The position numbers and the translations under genes are program-made. Positions 37,460 through 49,800 of a DNA stretch of 64,000 bases are shown piece after piece. The stretch is from Macrostomum lignano (Eukaryota), in the NCBI GenBank assembly GCA_002269645.1, contig NIVC01003270.1:43843-107842 (forward strand), read 5' to 3'. Every line of letters starts with the position of its first letter. Within the stretch, counting starts at the first letter, position 1. The notes under the pieces were generated by a model that did not search any database, was not told the DNA's origin, and was given only the letters and a program-made list of their open reading frames with translations.

Positions 37460-40400
37460 TATTTCAATTCCTCGTTAGTATTTGCCTGCATTCATATTGT
37501 ATTCGAATTCCTATAATTCATAGTAGTAACCAAAGTCTTTAGATATACGCTCGTAATTGCGGACTTACTCTTAGTTTTTTTCCGTGACTATTTGAATGCT
37601 TTTTTCGACCATGAAATAGATTCAGTCTTCACTGCAAGAGACCGTGTTAACGGCCTGTCCTGAATCAATGTAGGCCCGTTAACATAACCAAAACAACAAA
37701 AAGGCGCTCTCTGGGGGGAGAGACCGCACAGAGAAGAAAATGAGAAGAAATTATGCGAGTCGCTACTTAGTTAGAGTTTCAAGTAAAACGGACCGAACAT
37801 GGGCTCGGGACCCAAACGGGAGTATTTATGTCAGTAAACTATGGGAGGGGTGGAGAGCAAGTGAGAGTTAGGAGGGAGTTTGTGGACGGAGGCAAGATTA
37901 AAGAGCCAATCAAACTAACCGTACCAATCGGCTGGATAAGTCTGAGTCTGATACCGACTGAACGAAATTGAACGCAGAGTATTTTTTTGAGTCAACTTTT
38001 CTGGTTCTGAAATTCAACAAATTTAATTTACGAGAGTTTGTATATTTTCCATCGCAAAGTTTCAATGTAATCTTTTTGATAGTCTTTGTGAATACCTTTC
38101 TTGAGGAAGAAATTCGATTTCTGCTTTTGATTATTCTAAAATAGTTGTTGTGTATGCAATCGGGTCTTCGTAGAATATCTGTAAAATCTTTCTTCTAAAG
38201 CTTTCTCCATTCCTCACAAACAGGACTAACTAGGCTAAATTATTAGGCTAATCTCTATTTTAGACCTCTGAGCTCAGGAATAGAATTTTATTGTAAACTC
38301 AGCGCGTAAACTCTCGCGTACGGACCAAGTTCAGATCCCGGAGAAGAGACCTACGTGAGGTGACAGACGACCATGTGCCGCAAGAAGAGAAGTCTGCAAC
38401 AGTTATACGAGTAGATCACTGAATTGTGCTTAGCCTCACAGACTTGGAAATGGTCGTACCTTTAGACATTAAACCCAATTCTCTTTCTATATTTTTCTCT
38501 TCTCGCTTCTCATACTCTAGTTTGGTAAAGACAAACCCTTCACTTACCCTCCACCCCGCCCCTCGCCACTTTCTGCCCTTTGATCTCCGCAAAGTGCTCT
38601 CTCGGCAGGGTTCTGCCAACCCGCACTGCTAGAGGCAGATATGCTGAAATCATCTCATAACGGGTGCGGCCAACTGGGCCGCCAATCTTATCTATTCAAT
38701 TGTATTCGGCCTCTTCTCAGTTCTTTTGTTAAACTGGATGCAAAAATATATCTCTGCACCCCTTTATCTTCCAGATATTATGCCAGGATGCATCCATTGC
38801 TAGGCCCAGGAGTACCGTACAGACGGAGCACAGCACAGCCTATAATTTAGTGGCTGAAAAGTATATTATAACAAAATCTAGCTCTTCAAAATCCTGCCCA
38901 GGCGACAGTCGGGTGCGGTTTTGCTGGCTTGGCACAGAATCGTGCCATAAGTAGTCCCGTCGTGGTTTTTAAACAGAGTCGCTTTAATTTTCCTTTTCAA
39001 ACCAGTTCTGATCCCAGGTAAGCGTTGAAGTTTGAGCTTTTTACGATTGTACGAGTAAAAAATATTGCTTTTTGCTAACATTATTTTGACAAAAACACTA
39101 CATTTTGACTCGATTGTTAGCTGATTCCTGCAACTCCTTGATTCATCACCTACAGTAACCCTACCCTACCCTACCTTACCTTAGGAGTAGAATTACCTAT
39201 CCTACCTTACTTTACCCTACTTAAACCTAGCCTAACCCTACCCTAAGTTATACAGGTAGTGAGGTAAATAGGGCAGTGTTAGGGAGGATGGGGTAGGTTA
39301 TTTGATGGTTAGGCGTGGGTTCATATTTTAGTCATCGTACCCTATCATACCCTACACAGATTCCATCCTAACCTTACTCCTACCCCATCCTATCCTACCT
39401 AAAACTGAAGCTAACTTGTAGCTATACTGAACTCTAACTTGAAACCTACAAGGAGAGCTGGATTGTCCTGGGAATAGCATCAGTCTAATTTATAAATGCC
39501 AGTGTGCCAAGAATTATCGTGCCAGAAATTATTTAGACATGGTGAGACTCCATTTTAAGAATATTAAATTCGAATTGATTTTATGGACCCACACCCACCG
39601 AAATGGTTACACTAGACGACAATGATGCAGTACACTGCAAGATGGCTACACTGCTATGGTACAGGTACAGATTCCACACTAGATGGCACCTAGTCATCAA
39701 AATCTGAAGCGTGAGACGATCACACTGACAACTGCTGTGAGCAGTAGAATAGCCTTTGCTTTAGTGCATTTCTTGCCTGGGGCAAACGAGCTGGTTAGAG
39801 GTTAGAACAGTGCAACTTCGAACTCAAGCGGTGCTTTCTTTTATGCTATTGCCAGCGCCTGCTCCTCCTGCCGCCAGCCTGTCTGCGCCTGCAGGTTGAG
39901 CACTTCTTAGCTTATCGGCTGAACCTCTTTATATCAGGTTTTTTTTGTTTCTGACTTTCAAAACACACTGGCTCCTAGCTAATTGCCCTATATTATGAGT
40001 GTGCGGTTCACATCTCACATCTCAAGGCAGTGTATCAGATATGCAACAAGAGAGAATAGGCTCAATGCAAAGCAATCAATAGTTTGACCAGGGTAGGGCT
40101 AGCGCCCATGAAGCTTGACGTTATTAGACAACCATCAACCCCCTACCCTCTAAAAGCAAATTTGCTGCGAGTCTTTTGTGTCTCGTACATTGTGGCTGTT
40201 CGCTTGGCTCTCAAACCTCAGCTTCGTTATCATCCTTTTTGTATTAAGGTCGGCTGGTCCGGAGCTGGTCTGCCTCTCGATATCTGCGGTCGAGGCAAGT
40301 AGAGTCCGTTGTTTCTTCGCTCCAATGTAAGAGCGCCTTTCCAGTGCTTATTCTCATTCTCACAGTGCATTAACTGGCTATTTGAGAGTGCGAAATTGAC

Positions 40401-41410
40401 CGAACTACTCGGTTGTTCAGTTGCAACAGGTGGCTAGAGTACAGTATTACTAGTAGTATGGGTACAGTGCTACAAGTAGCTTAAATAGCTTCGCCTATCA
40501 GACGAAGATACCTCAGCTTCTAATCAGTTATTAGAAGAATTCAATAAGATGAGAAAGAGGAGAGAGTGCAAAGTATAGAGGAGAAAGCATAGGTTCCCGT
40601 GCAGCAATCTGACGTTGCTGACAGTATATGTACTTTTACACTGCACTGGCGTTCAGCCGATGCATGAAGTCGTTGTAATGTAAAATTACATATTTGTCAC
40701 CGACGTCGGATTTCTCTACGGGCTTCGCTGTCCTGCTCCACCGAATGATCCTTCGGGTCCTCCAGGACCAACGGCGGGACCAACGGATGGACTTTTCGAT
40801 GGAAAGCTTCCTACAGAGAAACTTCCAGCAGGTGCGGCCATGCAATGGACTTTAAAACAAAAAAACAACAGTGGTAGCCCCACTAGCACAATTCGCTGTA
40901 CTTACGTTTTTTTATATAATTACCTGAGAGAATCTTAGAGATTATGGTTTTTAATTCTAATTCTGCTTTTTCAGTTTCAATTTTCATTCTTAGAACATGG
41001 AAAATACTCATAGTTATATAGACACGCGGCGGAGTACGGTCTCTATCTACATGTATCTCTGAAGTCTTTGGCCAGCCTCCCAAATACATAGTTGCTGGGC
41101 CACCAACCTCCCAGATGTTTAACTGCTGGGCCACCAGCCTCCCAGATCCTCAGCTGCTGGATATTCAAATTCAAGATTATTACGCTCGTAAATCAATAAA
41201 GTTACTTTCTCTTTCTAAATAGCGTTCATGTGTTTAATTATCCACAAAACGTTTTTTTAATATTAGTATTGGTATTAATAAATTGGCCATCCGCAACCCC
41301 CGTTGCTTAGGCAGCAAAGAAGAACCAAATTATAAAATACATATAGGTTTTGACCTAGGGTGCAGTCACGATTGTTAATTACTTAAGTAAAAATGATTTG
41401 TAAAAGAAAA

Positions 41411-41806
41411 AAGCCCTAGCTCAGAAAGCCTGAGATATCAGCATACTCTATGAACTTTGGCTCAAGATATAGCATAAAAACAACACCCAATGAGCCGCAA
41501 TCCTCTCATAACCCTTGACATCTCAGAAATCCCCCATGCCATGAGTCTTGACATCATAGTGGTTCCTCCACGAGTCTTAAGCGTTTCTTTTATGGTTGAA
41601 ACTTAAGCCCCTAGCCCAATAAGCCACGGTAATTTAGAACTTCCACCCATCGTAGGGTCCATACGACTCATTGGGGGAATTACTGTAATGTCAAGGCTTG
41701 TTTAAACTCTGTTGCTCATGGGGGTTGCTCAGATACTTTGAGCCACAGCTCACTGGGGGATGCTGATATCCTAAGCTAGAAAACTGGCTTTCGGGGCTGA
41801 TGCTTT
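41411..41806. mobile_element. Degenerate foldback/MITE (~400-bp palindrome)
   Basis: Six motif pairs in mirrored order (GAAAGCC/GGCTTTC, GATATCAGCAT/ATGCTGATATC, GGCTCAA/TTGAGCC, ATGAGC/GCTCAT, CCTTGACAT/ATGTCAAGG, ATGAGTC/GACTCAT). Confidence 0.65.
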
Positions 41807-43606
41807 ATTTGCTTAGAACATTATTTACATTAGGATGTTAGCAGGCTTAAAGCATACATGTAGTTAGTTCAAAAATTCTGTTGTGTCTTCTGTTTTTTAA
41901 TGACAAATCAAAAAGCAAGTCTGGAACTTAAAATGTTAAACTAACCAGCCGATCTTCGGCTCTTGTTTTTTTATTATTTATTTCCTGCAAGCCTAGCTTG
42001 CTCTCGTTACGCGTAGAAGCGTACGGTGCGCTGGGAAGCAAATCATTTTGTTTATGCTTGACTTATAGCCACAACAAATTCTTTGTTTCCATCACAGATA
42101 CTAAAAACACAATTTTTATTTTTTCATTATCTATGGTTGCCACCCCAAATGGAGCGCAGATTTCTGTAGTGTTAGTAATATAGCATTTTTCAAGCCAATT
42201 GAGCCTAGGAGCAAACAATTTATCCTGTGGGAAAATAAAGCTACTGAAAACTTGCTTTTCATTATCTAGCTCGTATGGCTAGAAAGTGGTCTATGGAGCA
42301 ACCAATTTGAGAATCTGGGCGCGCAATTAATCTTTTTCACAGTGCTCGTACATCCTTTACGAATAGCTTAACTGAAATAGCGTCTGCAAATAGATGGCAT
42401 TTCAAAAAAACGATTGACATTAGCACTTTGATTTCAAAGGAGCCAGTAAAAACAGACAAAGGCAACACCATGCCATACAGTATAAGCCGAGAACAATCGT
42501 GTCTCTCAAAACAGTGTTAGACATATTGAAATCAAACCCGATCAATGTTCAGAGAATTTCTTTCTCGTTTAAGCAGCCCGGGATAAAGCGAAGCATCTGC
42601 CGAAGCCTACTGTGACGTTGCCACTTTCAGTAGCCCCGCCAAGGGCCGTTTTGACATACGGTACCAATCTTTAATATTACCAGTTCCGTATTCCCATGTC
42701 TGCTTAAAGTAGTGCCCTAAGAATTTTAATCAACTGCGTACAATTGTAAACTCTGCGTACAGCGCGTGATCAATAATTTCTGTTCCTGTTTTTCGCAGTC
42801 AGCCAATAGAAATACGCCGCATTAATTATACTAATTTCTCTCGCGCTACCCCCTCCCCCCCAGCCCGGTCCTTATCAGTTCTGTCTGGCCGTGCGCTCGG
42901 GCCTTTTTCACCCTTCGCTCCTTCCCGCGACTCTACTCGGCTCCACTCCGCTCCACTTCGCTCCGCCGCCACCCTTGTGAGCCCGTGTAGTCTGTAGGCC
43001 CTGGCCGCCTCTACTTTGTTTTTCTCTCTCTCTGCCTCACTTCGCCACGGCTTAAGCTACGCCTTTGCCAGCCTCAGTCACGCCACTCCTACTGTTTGTT
43101 AAGCTCTCACTACGAGCACCGCCATCGTTCATCCTCTGCCATTACTTCGCCATCATAGTCTCAGACTCATCAACCTACTCAGCCTTCCACCAATTAATTT
43201 ATTGTTGCGTAGCCACCAGTGCATCTTGTACGAAGTCAACCAATACTTTGACCTGCCTCTGTTGTGTGACGAATAAAGGCGGGAAGACGTACGGTTTGTG
43301 TAGCGGTTAAATTTAATAATCTAGAGCCAGTAGCCGACTAGATTATTAAATTTATCCTAGACTATAAAGGATAAGCTAGGATTGGCTAGTCATATGGCTC
43401 AGAAGCTCAGAAGGTATAAAAATAAAAGAATACGACGCATAGACCAATCGATTCTCACATTGGATGGCTTTTTATCACTTTGCTTGTCCTTTATTGTCTA
43501 TGGCCCATAGACTAAGGCTGCACGCAGCCAGGCCCTTCTCAGTCAGCGTAGGCAGGATTCTCATTTTGGGTGGCTTTATTCTCAGTTAGGCTGACATTAG
43601 GCTCTA

Positions 43607-45223
43607 GATAAGACTTTAGACATTCAAAATAAGACTGCATAGGATCGCAAGCAAGGCCAGGCTAGCCACAGCCAGAGCAAGCCCAGTCTTGGCTGCAGGG
43701 ATGGCTTGGCCATAGACTAAAAAATGGAATATCAAAATGAGAATAAGACGCTCAATATGAGACCGGCAGTGAACGTAATTTATTTGCTTTTTGGCAGTCA
43801 CCATACAAACAGCTAAGGAGAAATTAGGCAATAAACAAGAAGCAGAATAGCATATGGAAATGTTTAGTCCATCACTGAAGTCAGCCTGGCGGACTGCGTT
43901 AGAAGGCCATTCGATTTAAGCACCTGCCAAAGTGCCTCTGACAGCGGAGTTCCCATCTGGCCGCCTTCTCAGCTGTGATGACGAGGCCGACTGCCTCCCG
44001 TGCAATCCGCTCCAGCAGCATGAAGCGCCACTCCTCTTGTGTGAAATCTGCAGGTGGAGCAGCCTCTTCCTCGACTAGCTCAGGGTTCGCCAGCATCTGG
44101 CGAATGCGCGCCTTGAGTGCTGAGTTCGCGAGCTCCACAGGATTGAGGAAAGGCGAGTATGGTGGCAGAATCCTGATGGAGATCTGGTTCTGGAGCTGCT
44201 GAGGGACCCTCGCCGCACGATGAAAATTTGCCCATCCATCAGGATGACCCATTGGGCTCCCTGGTCCAATTGGTTGCATCGCTCGCACAGGGCGTCCACA
44301 ACTCTTGGAAGCGAGCAACGGTTTGTCCACCGCGGTAGACATTCGAGTGCAGGAGACCAAACTCAGTCGCAATCGCCATGCACACCGAGACATTTGGCCC
44401 GCGTTGCGTTGTCACAGTTCGCCGAATAGGACGGCCTTTCAGCGCACGACCCTGAGAGCGCCTGGTCCAGAGATTGAACCCGGTCTCGTCCAAGAAGACA
44501 GTGCGAGTCTCTTGAGCCAAATTCAGCATGAACATGGCGTATTTGTTCCTGGCTTCGATATTTGCCTCAGAATTTGTCCTCATCCTCGCGTCAGTGCCTT
44601 TGACAGCCAGCTTCACGGTGTATAGCAGACCGTGCAGCATTCGGTCCACGCACTTGTAGCTGACTTGCGGCTTTTCCGGAAACTGCGTAGCCAGACGTGA
44701 GGACATTTCCTTAAGTGTGAGGAAGTGATTTTCCTCCAGCGTCTCAGTCAGGAAGTCTCTCATCTTGTTGTCAGCCTTGCAATTTTCTTCTCTCCGACCG
44801 CCACGAGGTAGGGATTCAACTCTGCCATGGAGGCGGAACTCCGCAGCGATCCTAAAGGCGGACGCTCTCTTGATCTTGAGAATTTGAGCGGCAGCTAGGA
44901 TGGTTGATCCATTGTTTACTGCGTCGATCAGACGCTGACGGTCTGCTGCAGGAATCGATGGTGCCATCACAGTGAAATCCAAGGGGTCAGATGCAACCCA
45001 AGGGGTGAAGAAGGAGAGCTGGCTGAGGGTCAGGGTTAGAGCGATATCTGAAGGCTTTCACACTCAGTCTCATATTGAGCGTCTTATTCTCATTTTGATA
45101 TTCCATCTTTTAGTCTATGGCCAAGCCATTCCTGCAGCCAAGACTGGGCATGCTCTGGCCGTGGCTAGCCTGGCCTTGCTTGCGATCCTATGCAGTCTTA
45201 TTTTGAATGTCTAAAGTCTTATC
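43607..45223 (-). mobile_element. IS630-Tc1-mariner DNA transposon (DD~34E, Gambol/IS630-like), frameshifted
   Basis: ~157-bp near-identical TIRs (43607-43763 / 45067-45223) flanked by TA on both sides. Transposase from ATG 44967 to 43899 with N-terminal HTH, VFLDETGFNL, ILMD..FH and LPPYSPFLNPVE. Two frameshifts near 44300 and 44235. Confidence 0.92.
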
Positions 45224-45564
45224 TAGAGCGTCAAAAGCTACATTTATACGAGTAGACGAGCGTAGCAATAAGACTGAATATTTACAGTATCACATATGGT
45301 ATTTATAACAATATTAATCACATAAATATGAAATTTATAAACGGAAAAATATGGTTTACATAATATACGCTCGTATACAGCGTACGTAAAATATATTTTA
45401 TTAGTCTGTTGTTTTAGTTAATGTTTTAAGACTAGATACTTAAGATGTGTTTTTAATTCATTTTCATCAAAAAAGGTATTAGCAAAAACAGCACGCCTAA
45501 ATGATAGAAAAGTAGCCTATAATTTTCTCATTTTTATTTGAACAGGAAATAGTGGCTGTCAGCT

Positions 45565-48500
45565 ATGTCTACTATTGCCCAGGTCGGCGGTATTCGTAAA
45601 AGTTCAAGCAGCTCAGTCTCAGATTTAACTGAAGTGGACAGGCACTCATCTGACGGATATAACACCCCTTCCCGTTTAGAGACTGACTACAATATTGATG
45701 AATTTTTGAAGGCTTACTACGAGTACAAGAAGGAAAATATTCCTGATAATCAAGATTCTGAGGATGACGAGGATAATGAGAATGATGGGCTGCAAAAACG
45801 GCCGCCTCTGGATCACGGATTTATGGACGATCTGCTGGTTTACGTACTGGATGGAAAGTTTGACGAAGCGGTTGAATTTGTCAAAACCATGTACGACCGA
45901 CAGCTTGATTTGCAACAAGACAGGCAAAAGAGAACTGCCGCTCACTATGCTGCAATGAGGGCTGAAGGAGCAGGACTGCTCAAGAAATTAGTACAAAAAG
46001 TGGGTACTTCTTGTCTGAAGCATGAGGACTGCAACTTGGTAACTCCACTTCAATATGCTGCTCAGAACTATTCACTGTGGCAGTTTAAGGATCTATTTCC
46101 AGGTGCGGAACAAGAGCTGCGGAGCTCAACTCATAGAAATAAACTCGGAGACACGCTGGCCCACTTTGCTGCTAGAAACACTGGAGATAAAGAAGTCATC
46201 AAAGCGGTGCTCCACGGCAACAAGCCAGATCGGTTGTTATGGCCAAACAACAGAGGCCGCACGGTGCTGCATGAGGCCGTTGAGCACTGCAGTGCCGAAA
46301 CTGTGAAGGACCTGCTTAGCTTCATCTCAGTGGGCCTGGGAGGTGAGAACAATGATGAAGATACCCAAGGCTCCTTAACAACCAATGATCAGCAACAGGA
46401 AGGAGAAGACGAAACGAGTACAAGCACAAACCAAAGGAAACAAAAAGTATCGCAGGAGGTCATTCAGAAAATGAAAAATCTGAAAGATTCCACCGGAAGC
46501 ACACTGGCCCACTGCGCCTCTAGGAACCGAAATACCAACCGCGATGATGGCGAAGTGTTCCTGGAAGTGAAACAGCTATTTGGCAATGAGTGCCTTAACT
46601 GGGAGAACTCAATGAATCAGACAGTGCTGCAGGCAGTTATCCAGTACAGCTCAAGCAGCACGGCTGAACAGATGGTAGATGCTTTCGGTACAGAAAATGC
46701 AGATCAGTTTTTCACGCATACGGATGAGTCTAAAAACGGTTACCTTCACTTTGCCGCGATGTACAAAAAAGTAAACACATTTGGAAAGATATTAGAGCTC
46801 ATGAAGAAAGCTCGCGTAGGCGAAGAGGAAGATGAGCACATAAAGCAAATTTGTGACAAGCCCAATGTCGACGGCCAAACAGTTTTGCTCCTTGCGGCCG
46901 AAAACGAAGATGAAATATCGATTCTGAAGGAGGAACTTCCCTTAGATGATTGGGGGAAAGTGACTGGTAAGCGCGACAATAGAAACAGAAACATGCTTTT
47001 CTACGCCTGCATGAACTGGAATTTCTCAGTTTTTGAGTTTCATTCAAACGAAGCAGACATTACGGTTTTCACAGAAGTCGATGCCGATGGAAACAGTCTT
47101 TTACACGCTCTGTTCATGAATCCCAACAACGATATAGAAAATTCTCTACCTAATTTTTTTAAATTTCTGAAATTCTTTGCTGATAAAACGGCTGATGGAA
47201 TTAGGCAGGAAAACAATTTGGGAAAAAACTTTCTTCACTGCTCCCAGATAAATGAGGAAATTCTGATTAAAATTTTGACTGACGCAAATGAACATCAAAT
47301 GGAAGAAAAATTGAAACAAGTTTTTCTGAGCAAGGAAGGCGTTCACTTAGTTCACGAGTTCGCATGCAGGTACAACCTGGTGAAACTGATGAGACCCCTT
47401 TCTGAGATTGCTGGAGTGAAGAAAGCCGAACTGCGGAGCAAAAAAGTCGAGAGAGGTCCCTACAAGGGTGCAACCTGCCTGCACTTCGCCTGCCGGGCCG
47501 GTCACAAGGCCAACATTGCTTACTTGTTGAAAAAGAGCCTTAGTATCGACGCTAGAGACGACGATGGGCGCACTTGCGTAGATTACGCTCGCAGCGCGGA
47601 TCAGCTGGAAAAGCTTGCGGAGGTAACGGGGAAATCAGAGCTGGAATTTCTTCGCCTTCTGGACCCGACTCGAGCAGCCTTAAAAGTACCTGACCGAGCC
47701 GCCGCCATGCAGTACATCAGTCAGATTGTCGATCAGCCGGTGATAGATGAAGTAGGACGAGGCCAGTCACAAGTCATAAATGAAACACAGACAGACCAGC
47801 CCAAACATTCAACTGACGCATCAAGCAAGCCTTCGACTGAAGTCTCGGTGTTTAAGGCAGTCTGGAAGGATGGCTCGACCAGGGCGCTTCGAAGCGCACT
47901 TAAGCTAGACCCACTAAATTTAGATACTGAAGCAAAATTCATTCGGTATTGGGTGAAGAAGCATCCCAAAGATGAATGCATCGATGAAAACATAGAAGAG
48001 ATAAGAATAGTTAACCTTGCGCTTAGACATGGGAAGCTCAATCTTCTCCCCGACCTCATTCTGACGAGGCAGTTTGAGCTGATTCCCAGCTGCATTCTGC
48101 TGATAATTCAGTTGAAGCAAAAAAAGGTCAATACTAAGGTATGCTGCGACCAGCTAAAACGTCTTAAAAGCAAAGTCATTAGTATTGCTGTAAACACTGT
48201 GGACGAACTGTACACAAATGCGAACGGCAGAGAAGAGAGGCAGCTTTTATTCGACTACATTAAAGGTGAAATCGGAGGTCCAAAGTTTAGCATTGCCGAC
48301 GAGGAGTCGCAACAGGCTCAGCAGCACACTATTTTGGAACTGGTGGAAATAGCTGAATGCGAGGATCTGTACGCTGCAGACTGCATCTACAAACTGGCTA
48401 AAAAAGAATGGAAAAAGTCAAAAATCTGTGGAAGTCCAAGAGCTCACTTCGTATTTAGCTTGGCTATCTACATACTATTCATGCTATACTTTGCTTGGTT

Positions 48501-49374
48501 TATTACCGACTTTAGGAGGACATTCGATTCGTCGGCTTCTGATGCGATTTTGACAGCATTCGCGCTGCTGTTTTTCGTGCTCGAACTCATAGAACTATTC
48601 TCGCTTCCGCCAAACAAAATTTGTTGTTGCAGAAGCAGGTGGACCAAGTGCTCAATGTACTGGAGAAATGTCTACAACGTGTTCGACTTCATAGCACTGG
48701 TCCTTCTGTGGCTTGGCATTGTCTGGAAATGGATAATATTCGGAAAATCGGAGTACGTCACTGCCTACGCGTGTCAGTCTGTTCTCAGCACGTCGTTCCT
48801 TTTTTTTGGATTTCGGTCTGTTGCCTTTCTAAGCTCGTGGCAAAGGACCGGGGCCGTCATCGTCATACTGAAGAATTTAATCGTCAAAGATTTGGGCCCC
48901 TTCTTAGCTATCATTGCCCTTGTTTTCCTGTCTTTCGGGGTGTTCTTCTTCAATTTGCTGTTCCCGTCAATAACTGCGGAGACTAGCGAAACTCGGGACA
49001 CATTTTACTGGTGGCGAGTCATGCTGCAGATTTTTACAATGCCGTTTGACTTGCTTTTTACCAACTACGATCGCCTTGAGTTCGAAACTCCTACAAGCGG
49101 CTCTCCCCAGAAAGTCGGTTCAGTGACAAACGCCATCGGGCTATCCTGGTTTCGCAATCTTATGATGTTTGTCTTCCTCCTTCTGGTAAACATTGTAATG
49201 GTGAACCTTCTTATCGCTCTGTTTAGTCTCCGAGTGAGTACACTTCACAGTAAGGCCATCGGAATTTGGAGACAGGGATATTTTGAGCTGCTTCTTATGT
49301 ATCAGAGACGTGCTGAACTGTGTCGGTCCTGCGTTGGAAGGAGTGCCTCGATTTATCCAGATGACAACCAAGAC
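45565..49374 (+). CDS. TRP cation channel with N-terminal ankyrin array and TRPM-like transmembrane region, exon 1
   Basis: About 12 ankyrin-type motifs (e.g. GRTVLHEAVEH; GATCLHFACRAGHKANIAYLL...DDDGRTCVDYA). Six hydrophobic segments with WRNVYNVFDF, KDLGPFL, VNLLIALFS and a TRP-helix-like IWRQGYFELLLMYQRR. In-frame stop upstream of the ATG. Donor GAC|GTGAGA. Confidence 0.88.
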
Positions 49375-49479
49375 GTGAGAGCTGATTTGGTAGTTTGCTA
49401 TAAAATTAAATCCTATTTAATTGGTTTGTAATTTCAGTTCCTATTTTATTGCACTCAGCTTTCTTCTCTTGCCTTACAG

Positions 49480-49800
49480 GTTGTAATAGACGGGAAAAAA
49501 TATAAAAAGTCATACCTGCGTTACCTGCGTTACCAAGCTCAACAACTGCGTAAGATTCGTCCAAGGCTGTCTCAAGAATTGGAAAAAAATCGAAGCGATT
49601 TCGAACAGCTAAAAGCGCATTTTGAGAACAACATGGCACAAGTGCAATCTGAGACCAGCGAGGATCTAGCGCACTTACAGCGCAAGTTTAAGGAACTTGA
49701 GCACGCTCAGAATCTCAGCCTCCAAGAAATCCTAGAAATCCTGAAACGTCTGCCACAGCAGAGCCAGCAGGAACCTGAAACTGACCAAGGTAGAACGTAG
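49480..49800 (+). CDS. TRP channel, exon 2 (coiled coil)
   Basis: Acceptor gccttacag|GTT, phase 0, in frame with the track ORF at 49579. Heptad-like LEKNRSDFEQLKAHF...LQEILEILKRL. Confidence 0.75.
   Translation, partial: VVIDGKKYKKSYLRYLRYQAQQLRKIRPRLSQELEKNRSDFEQLKAHFENNMAQVQSETSEDLAHLQRKFKELEHAQNLSLQEILEILKRLPQQSQQEPETDQGRT

Noticed and set aside
37640-41160. Short ORFs as a possible gene or retroelement
   Set aside because: No recognisable domain or consistent splice pattern. Probably decayed repeats, but not supportable from the sequence alone.
43607-45223. Bacterial IS630 contamination
   Set aside because: It has long TIRs, is embedded in intron-bearing animal sequence, and its motifs are shared with eukaryotic DD34E elements.
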